A stretch of DNA of 63,986 nucleotides, the filler included, from Reticulomyxa filosa (Eukaryota > Protista > Foraminifera): assembly GCA_000512085.1 (NCBI GenBank). It is 20 parts of 20 records of this genome, joined end to end, with 100 filler letters (N's around TTAATTAATTAA, not from the genome) between each part and the next. Parts side by side here need not be neighbours in the genome. Positions count along the whole stretch, not along the records: positions 50,827 to 55,531 come from ASPP01018567.1; positions 55,632 to 57,035 come from ASPP01021738.1; positions 57,136 to 58,569 come from ASPP01037771.1; positions 58,670 to 60,236 come from ASPP01037382.1; positions 60,337 to 61,336 come from ASPP01049419.1; positions 61,437 to 62,862 come from ASPP01012879.1; positions 62,963 to 63,986 come from ASPP01040973.1; 13 more parts are not named here. One strand, given 5' to 3'. A model generated the notes under the pieces. It made no database searches, was not told where the DNA came from, and worked only from the letters and a program-made list of their open reading frames with translations. Of the stretch, positions 55,500 through 63,986 are shown one piece after another. The position numbers were made by a program, and so were the translations under genes. Position 1 is the first letter of the stretch; each line of letters opens with the position of its first letter.

Positions 55500-55500
<1 letters not shown>
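50827..55500 (-). CDS. WNK: WNK-family protein kinase with CCT-like domain and long low-complexity tail (multi-exon, partial)
   Basis: [100 protein letters not shown] resembles the WNK/OSR1 CCT-type domain. Confidence 0.88.
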
Positions 55501-55531
<31 letters not shown>

Positions 55532-55749
55532 NNNNNNNNNNNNNNNNNNNNNNNNNNNNNNNNNNNNNNNNNNNNTTAATTAATTAANNNNNNNNNNNNN
55601 NNNNNNNNNNNNNNNNNNNNNNNNNNNNNNNGGGGGTGGGAAAAACAGATTGAGTGAATAAATAAGCCACACAAAACAAACAAACAAATAAACAAACAAA
55701 TGTAGAATATAAAGACAAAAATTGCCGATTCGATTTCATCCGAAACGCG

Positions 55750-56340
55750 ATGCATTTGTGGAGGGACGGTGAGTAACTACGAAGACGTTCGCAAGCTGAT
55801 GAACTTGGGTGTTTGGCGAATCGAACGGTGGCAGAAACACAAATGAACAAGATTAGCTTCAGATTGCATTGCATCTTTGCGTTGCATATTCAAACCCTTC
55901 AGGTATGCGTGTATTGTTATGTATTGATATTGTGATATATATATATATGTACACCCAAAAGCAATCGACAGGGGAATTGAGATGATGCAAAATGAGTTCT
56001 GATCGGACTTGGCAGGGCTCGGAGAGAAAGTAAACAAAACAGGTGTGACAGCCGGCGGCGGAGAGAGAATGGAGGAATTGAAAAAGATCAACTTGTCATT
56101 GAACGCATTGGACGACGACGTGATATCGGTGTTGGCGAATCGAGCCAAGTTTATTCCCTTCAACAACTCAACCTTGACGACACTGTTGCGCGAGTCGTTG
56201 TCAGGGCAACTCCAAGACGATCGTGATGGCGGCTATATCGCCAGCAGAAGACAACTTTGAAGAGTCGATTGTCGACTCTTGCGCTACGCGTCTCGTGTGA
56301 AGAAGAAGAAGATCAACACACGCATACGCGAAAGAAATAC
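55750..56340 (+). pseudogene. Kinesin motor-domain pseudogene
   Basis: RTVAETQMNKISFRLHCIF (degenerate switch I), DLAGLGEK (degenerate DLAGSE), INLSLNAL, LTTLLRESL, GNSKTIVMAAISPA and LRYASRVK are spread over different frames. Confidence 0.8.
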
Positions 56341-58244
56341 CACGGAAAGCATAGATCGACCGTTTGAAAAAAAAAATTGGAACTGCAGAAAGGAAAATCA
56401 AGGCCAAGTGGATCAAATCACATCGCAAGTGGAAGCGACTAGTGAGTCGATGATTATACACGACAACAAGACAGCTCCTCCTCTGATAGTAAGGAGAAAA
56501 AGAAAGATGCCTTTGCAGATGGAATACTCGACATCTTGTTGTCCAGCAACGACCCCAGGCGTGTTTCCCAAAACATGCCATTTTCACCGTGCGAAAGGAG
56601 AGTATTGTCGATATTCGACAGGTGGCATTGGATGGAACGTGCAAAGGTATGGAAAAATGCTGTTTGACGATTTGCGATAAGAACGGAGATTGATAGTTTA
56701 AATTCGAGACAAGCTGAATCAATAAAATGGAACACATTGTGGCCATTAGCGAGTCTGGCTACGTACGGGGGTTTTGCAAAAAAGCTCAATTGCGACTCCA
56801 AACAAAGTATCGACTTCAACAAGTTGAAGCAAGTATTATATCACTGATATCGAGTAATGACGGCATTGTCGTGAGAGGTATCGCAAAGAGCCTTTTGACG
56901 AAAAAAGCTCACTGCTGATGTGCAAACAAAAGTGCTATCGCGTGGAGAACTTGGACGTGGAGAAGTTGAAAGCGCAAGTAGGCATTCAAGCGACAGCAGC
57001 AGCAGATATCATCGCAGCAAAGTGGCAGCGAAGACNNNNNNNNNNNNNNNNNNNNNNNNNNNNNNNNNNNNNNNNNNNNTTAATTAATTAANNNNNNNNN
57101 NNNNNNNNNNNNNNNNNNNNNNNNNNNNNNNNNNNAATGGATTGGTTTAAATATTGATCAAAATAAAGAATGGTTAAAATGATATATTAAAAATGCAACC
57201 AAATTGAGAGACAGTGATTGCAAAGAAAGTTATTGCAGTGACAATAATAAATCATGTTTTACTCCTCGTGAGAGAAATTTGCTACCGATTGTAAAGCATT
57301 GACCATGTCATCCAATTCAAACAAATACAGAAAATTGTTATATACGAAGTTATAATGTCGGATATGGAATTCGTTTGGGTGATATCGTTTATTGTGGTTT
57401 GTAATCAAGAATGTAAGTATTCTTTTTTTCAATAAAACCAATTACAACGTTGCAATAATTGAAGAACAAAAATAATATTAAGATACAATGCGTGGAAGTA
57501 CAAGCAAGTAAAAGTGATAGTAAATCAAATGCATTGATATATATTCCCAGTCAATCAGAATTGATGAACTTGCTCCCGAAACAATTAAATAGCATTGAGA
57601 CAAGCACTTATCGCAAAAGCAAATATACACATCATTCAAACAAAAGCATTTTAGCGTCGTGATGCATCCATTAATCAAATTTATTTTCAATTGTATCTTA
57701 ATTCGACAGAATAAGTCCATTTTTATCAATTTTATAAGCACAAATTTCCAAAACTTATTAAAAATTTCAAAGAAATTGATAAGAAATGGGTTCGATTTTA
57801 TTTTGACACTAATGTATTTCATAGTCAAGTCATCCCTTCATTATCTCATATTTCTTAAATCGTAAATTATTGAACATCCGTTTGGGAGGATAATTATTTT
57901 TTGTTTGTTTAAGCTTAAGTATTTAATTTGAATAACACACCATAGCGTATGATTTTTGCCTCAACAACTTGTTTAATACAGTTTTTTCATCAAAATCAAT
58001 TTTGAAAGTGAAGAACCAACATGATGATTAAGATTGCACATGAAAATACTGATTATCATACTTTCCTTCTTTTCATTCCATCAAAAAATAAGTTATCAAA
58101 AAAAAAATTATTTTCTTCGATTGAAAGTGACTTTTAAATTGGAGTTGCATCTGTATCACTTTCATTTTATTTTTTTATTGAAAAAAAAGATTAAAAAAGC
58201 TCATATTCACTCAAAGTCAAATCAGCCAACAAAATGTCTTCACT

Positions 58245-58520
58245 ATCCCCAAATACGAATCAAGCCCTTAGATGAACTGTAACACAAATTAATACCACAA
58301 CCAATATCATCATTGACTTTTCTATTCTTTTTATTTTTTTTAATTGTAAAAACTTCAAATACACTATTCCTCCATCTTTATCATCTCCTTTGATCACATA
58401 TAATTCACTCTTAGATCGAATATCCCAAAAACGAATTGTATTATCACGTGATCCAGAACATATCACATTTGAATTATCAATACTCTTTATTACAGTAGAT
58501 TGCAAAAAAAAACTGCAATA
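58245..58520 (-). pseudogene. 3' end of a disrupted WD40-family gene
   Basis: NVICSGSRDNTIRFWDIRSKSELYVIKG then, in another frame, NLCYSSSKGLIRIWG*. Confidence 0.65.
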
Positions 58521-60336
58521 CCTAAATGGCACTATATGAAGAGAATCGATTTTCTCCATGAAAAATAAANNNNNNNNNNNNNNNNNNNNNNNNNNNNNNN
58601 NNNNNNNNNNNNNTTAATTAATTAANNNNNNNNNNNNNNNNNNNNNNNNNNNNNNNNNNNNNNNNNNNNTTACTTAAACTTTATGTATCCTCAATTTCAC
58701 TTTTCTATATAATGATAATTATATTTTAAGTATTCTATATATAATAAATTAATTTTAAGGATTCGACAAATAATAGAATACATTGATCCTGAATTTTATT
58801 TTCTCAAAATGACTATTACATACAAATTATTATGACTACAAGTTATAATCTTAATTAATTGATACAAATAAATAAATAAATCAAGCAACAATGGCACATC
58901 TCTTCTAGCCAGCCAAACAAGAATGAAAAATAAAATAAGAATATTACTTCATTACTATTTTGATTGCCAATAGAAACGTTGAATGTACTGAAAATGTCAT
59001 CGCAAAGTAGAAGCCATACTTACATTGTGGTGTTGCAAACGATTGCATAGAAATAGAAGGCAATTAAGAAATGGCGTTGAAATTGTTAAAAAATGCCCAC
59101 ACATGGCGATCGAGAAACCAATAATTGGTAGAACATTTTATGTGATAGTGGTTAAACTTAGTGGATTGTCAACCAAGAAGAAAAAGATGATAATGATGAT
59201 GAATAGAAGAAAGAAACCTCAAGATTGTATCACGTTGGATCTTTTTTTTAAAAAAAACAAAAAAAAACAACTAGTCTACCAGTTTGGTATGTACTAGCTC
59301 TTCTCAAGCCTGCAAGTAACACTTTGAGTGTTTTCATATAGCGCCGATCAAAAGACAATGAACAAGTGTGTGTGTAAATATCCAGAAGCGGTAACCTGAA
59401 CCATTGGAAAGAAGTTGTTCGTCGTCAGCGTAGGCTTATACAAGTCTATGAAATGATAATTATTGACTTGCAGCATTGCCAAAGATAGCATGGAACTGCG
59501 ATTTACCTGCTTCAACCAACAAGATTGTTATAAAAATTCAGTGAACAAGAATAGAAAGATGATTGAGATGATAATAAAGAATAAGAAAAGCAAATTACAA
59601 GGCCATATCATCGTTGGATTTGTTTTAAAAAGAAAAAAAAGATAGTTTGCCGCCGTTACTTTAGTTATGGCTCTTTACACATAATGGAAGCTATCGAATG
59701 AACGTGATAATGTTAAACGCAGTGCCAGCCATGCTGATGACGGCGACCACGAAACGCAGTCAATATTTTCCTCTATTCATTGCCAATTACTCAAATACGT
59801 TGGACTGATGTTATGTGTGCCAGTATTTGGTGCCGCTATTGTTGATGTGTTATGTACCATTTATTACAAAAAACAACGCCTCAAAAATCGCTACATTATT
59901 TGGTAAATCAAAACAAAAGTTTGTATATTATCAATGTATTGGTGGCTCTAGGCCATGCTGAGTGGATATTTGAACAACATTTCATGTCAGCAGTCGAGCC
60001 CCTCTATCATCTCTCATCTAATCTCTCATATCCCCTCTCCTATCTCAAATAAATTGGCGCTGTGGATACCAAAAACCGAATCACTTGAATCGAAAAGTGG
60101 AAAGATCTGCCATTTACAAGACGGCCACTCAAAAAAATGGTAGCTCTAGGGAAAGAGCCTTTCAATAATAATAGCTTCTCCTAAGTCACAACTCAATTGT
60201 TCCAAATAACGGAATACTTGATGAGAAGCATTATCANNNNNNNNNNNNNNNNNNNNNNNNNNNNNNNNNNNNNNNNNNNNTTAATTAATTAANNNNNNNN
60301 NNNNNNNNNNNNNNNNNNNNNNNNNNNNNNNNNNNN

Positions 60337-61336
60337 AAAAAAGATCCTTACGCAGCTTGTGGTCCGAAAACGGGCAATTCGTACTGTTCAGCGAAGGGAG
60401 GTTGTATTGAAACGTCGTACTCTTGCTCCGACAACTTTGCGTCGGATCGTTATGCTTGTGAGGTGGGTGATTGGAGTGGTAAGTACGGCACTTTGTTTTT
60501 GAACAGTACTAACATATTGTCGGCCGTGGTCAGTTCGTTTGGAGATATCACCGGCGATCAATTAGCTGCCAAGTCAGTCGTCTTCCATTGCGCCAACAAC
60601 GGGGCCGCTGCTTTCTGTGCCCCTTTTCTTCCCGCATCGGGTAGTGTTTCGTCTGTCACTTCTCGTCGCCAACCAAGTTATTTTATTTTATTTTTTTAAA
60701 AAAAAAAAAAAAAAGACAAAATACATTTTTGAAAAAAAAAAATGTATAAATAAATGAAAAAAGACGGATACTCTTTGAAAGCTGACTTTTCAAGTGCACC
60801 TGGCATGACCCCTAAAAAGAATGCGTACATATCATTTGAGTTTTGTAACATATATACATATCATATACATAATACACACATATACGTATACATATACATA
60901 TACATATATATATACATTTATGTATATTTATGTATACGTATTTTATGATTACATATACACGAACAATGAACGTATATGATATATGATATATCAGTTACAC
61001 TGGACGAGTGAACTACCAATTCCAATCAAACGCACTGCAAGGAACAAGTCCATGTGCGAGCGGACTGGCGGAGGTATGGATCGGCGACGCGTGGACGAAA
61101 GGTACGAGCGTGGCGGAGTCGGGACTGTGCACATCATCATTGTACGGAACATTCTACGACCCGACAAAGCAATGTTACGCGAGTAAGAACACAACGGACT
61201 GTGCGTCGTGCACGGCAGGGAAGCTGTGCGATGACAGCGGATACACGTACAGTTGCGACTACGCGAGCAACCCATTTTCGTGTTCGCCGATGGATTTCAC
61301 AGGGAGATACGGCTATGTGAATCTGACGCGCATATC
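60337..61336 (+). CDS. Cys-rich protein with tandem Cu-only-SOD-like (SOD5-type) domains (spliced, partial at both ends)
   Basis: Domain 1 end: YACEVGDWSGKYG...KSVVFHCANNGAAAFCAPF. Domain 2: GTFYDPT...FSCSPMDFTGRYG. Confidence 0.65.
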
Positions 61337-61436
61337 NNNNNNNNNNNNNNNNNNNNNNNNNNNNNNNNNNNNNNNNNNNNTTAATTAATTAANNNNNNNN
61401 NNNNNNNNNNNNNNNNNNNNNNNNNNNNNNNNNNNN

Positions 61437-62862
61437 AAAGCCAAGGAAGACCTGTTGGGTTTCCAGCCGCACGCCGACAGGTTGGCCGCCATGCTGCTGA
61501 AGCAGCAGTTTCCGGAAGCCAGCTTTGTAGTGGGGATCGAAGGCGAGTGGGGCGAGGGCAAGTCCAGCTTCATCAACTGCCTGAAGCAGCGTTTTGAACA
61601 AGCCGAAGAAAAAGGAGAAACCCCGCCCGTTGTGGTCGAGTTCAATCCATGGTGGTTTGAAAACCCGGAAAAGACAGCAAGCAATCTATTGGAGGTCATC
61701 ATCAATGGCCGCGACCTGTGTGATATCAAAGCGAAGAAGGCGCTCGCTAACTTACTGAAAGCGCTCAATCACATTAATCCTTGGCTGGAAAAGTTGTTCT
61801 CAAACCCAGTGGTTTTAGCGCCGTTTTTTGGTGCTAGCTCGGTTGCTGCGTATAAAAGTGAAACTTGGCTTGGTGTGGCAGGGGCCGCAGTTGTCGCTTT
61901 GGTCTGCCATCTGGGATTGCAATGGTTGGCTCGGCAGCGAACGTACTCTGAATCCTTGGCAGGCCTGAAGCAGAAGGCGGCCGCAGCTCTGAAGTCTGAA
62001 AAGATGAAAGGCCAAAAGCAGATTGTCATCATTGACGACCTCGATCGCCTGTCGCACGAAGAAATCCGGGAGGTGTTTCGTGCGGTGAAGGGCGTGCTGG
62101 ACTTGCCCAATATTGTCTACGTCATCGCCTACGACCGCGCTATCGTGGCGTCGGCGCTGGATGAGGTACATAAGGGCAGGGGCGAGGCCTATTTGGAGAA
62201 AATCGTACAGCTGCCGTACCGCTTGCCGAAGCCGACCGAAGAGAAACTGGAGAGTTACAACAAAAATGCCTTGTTTGGCAGTGGTGCAGTGTCTGCTGTC
62301 GTGCCAGAGAAGCTTGAAGCTGAAATGTCGTTCCGCTACATCAGCCAAGCTTTTTTGAAGCTACCGAGAGATGTAAAGCGCTTGCAGGGTAGCTTGTGCG
62401 CGTTTGGTCTTGTTCCCGAAACCATTCGCATGGATCCGCTGGATTTCATGTTTCTGGAAGCGCTAAGGATCAAAGAGCATGTGCTGTGGCTGCAATTGAC
62501 AAGTGCAATGCTGGAAGCACATTCGTATATGAACGTTGCGGAGGGTACCGAGAAGCGGGATGTTGCGCGCAAGGATTGGTTGCGGAAAAGATTGCCAGCC
62601 CTTATTGGGGCCGAAGTGCCAGTTGCGGATGCAATCAGATTTTTCACGGGATGGGTACTGGACGGTAATGCTGATATCTGTCGGGATCAGTCGGCACAAA
62701 GGCTCAGTAGGTTGAGTACTACCGTGCATCTTGTTCAAGGTTCACATGATTGGCAGGTAGAAATTGATGTGCTGCTGGATATGGTTCGTGCCTATTTACA
62801 GCAACAGCAAGATAAAAAGCAGTTTAGCAATGAAAAAATCAGACGCTACTTAATGGCAGGAT
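61437..62862 (+). CDS. Bacterial KAP-family P-loop NTPase with inserted transmembrane hairpin (open at both contig ends)
   Basis: DLLGF..HA..LA, Walker A GIEGEWGEGKSS, VEFNPW, two hydrophobic helices, Walker B IVIIDDLRL-type motif IIDDLDRL, YLEKIVQLPYRLP, PRDVKR. No introns; GC far above the eukaryotic contigs. Confidence 0.92.
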
Positions 62863-63986
62863 NNNNNNNNNNNNNNNNNNNNNNNNNNNNNNNNNNNNNN
62901 NNNNNNTTAATTAATTAANNNNNNNNNNNNNNNNNNNNNNNNNNNNNNNNNNNNNNNNNNNNTCGTTATTACGACTTATAATTTTTGCAATTAAAATTAT
63001 CAAATTATTTACTCGACAAATACTTAGCCTAAAAAATAGTCAAATGATATACATTTTAACATAACAATAATCTGAAATTGTGTCAAATCAAACTGATTAA
63101 ACAAATAAAAGACATAAATAAAATATACAATATTAAGAAAAAAAATTAACAGCTATCTGCTCGCGACTAGTATGTGTGTTTGCGAAATAATTGTGTCTGC
63201 AGTCTTTCTTTTAAACATTTCTTCTTATTGTCTTTTTATTGAATAAATAATAGTTGACTATGACTTGGCTTTAGCTGAACTGTTTGGTTTTGATAAATTT
63301 GTCACTTGTTTGGACTTGAGTAACTGCTACATTTGCAACAACTTTGTCACTACAATGCAACACTTATGTACAATTTGCTGTAGTCACCGTATTAGCGTCA
63401 ATAGACTTGGCTTTGGCCTTGTGCTATCTTGTCGTAAGACAGCTGTATTATTTTCAAGTTTTCTTAGCATTTCGCTTTATTCAATGCGCTTATAAAAAAA
63501 GCATATCTTTTCACACCCGTAGCATTACAATTTTTATATAGCTTGATGAACCTTACAGTTACATTGCACTTCACTCATAAACACCAGAAACTCGCTTTCA
63601 ATCGTTGAGTATTGCTTCAATTTTTCCAAGATCTTTGTTAGACTATCAGCAGTGCGAATATAATTGACTGTTCACTACTTATGCAGCAAAAGTGAAAATG
63701 CATCATTAAATTGTTTATCAATCTTATGTTAACAACTATCACTTATTATTTCAATATTTGGACTTGGAATTTCCCAATCATATTGACTATATTTTTTAAA
63801 AAAATCAAAAAATTTGGAAGTAAGTTTTTGGAAATTACTAGTGTTCAATAATTGAAACACATTCACTTATTTTTTTATTTTCACTTGTTGATATCTACAA
63901 AAAAGAGATAATCATTTTAGTCTCTTTATTACTAAAGAACATATCGAAATAATCAAAAATGACTAACTTGTATTGTAAATTTCATA

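Noticed and set aside
57136-60236. Fragmentary coding-like sequence on two AT-rich contigs
   Set aside because: Multiple stops in every frame and no assignable domain apart from the WD40 tail.
60337-62862. SOD-like gene and KAP NTPase as one system
   Set aside because: They are separated by a linker and come from different organisms (spliced eukaryotic versus bacterial).
62963-63986. Stop-riddled minus-strand frame as a ciliate-code (TAA/TAG=Gln) gene
   Set aside because: In-frame TGA codons also occur and no domain is recognisable.

Overview
This window is not one locus. It is 20 unrelated contigs joined by an artificial 100-bp linker (44 N + TTAATTAATTAA + 44 N), so no gene-neighbourhood inference is valid across a linker. 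Eighteen contigs are AT-rich eukaryotic DNA with short GT-AG introns, poly-A/poly-T runs and (TA)n/(CA)n/(AAT)n microsatellites. The style and the expanded WD40 family suggest a rhizarian protist like the foraminiferan Reticulomyxa filosa (inference, not a database result). Two contigs are bacterial. Contig 1-2175 is high-GC and alphaproteobacterial-looking, with a ParD antitoxin plus operator palindrome, a Bug/TctC binding protein and two lipoproteins. Contig 61437-62862 carries a membrane KAP-family P-loop NTPase. Eukaryotic genes recognised by hand translation and splicing are a BIRC6-type UBC domain, an RPEL-repeat protein, a multi-TM RGS protein, an EF-hand protein, a CAP-Gly + HEAT/TOG-like protein, a GT2 glycosyltransferase, a PH-domain protein, a membrane class III cyclase, a GH141-like beta-helix protein, a SnoaL-like protein, UVSSA, WD40 proteins, a HIRAN protein, a CAMK-group kinase, WDR46/UTP7, a WNK kinase and a tandem Cu-only-SOD-like protein. 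There are also M1 aminopeptidase, kinesin and WD40 pseudogenes. Many single-base frameshifts sit in homopolymers and look like sequencing errors. I see no complete novel multi-gene system. The best leads are the CAP-Gly/TOG-like architecture, the tandem SOD-like protein with a ligand-less second domain, the TM-RGS protein, the A-rich 3' splice sites and the KAP NTPase. Exon boundaries are manual and approximate.
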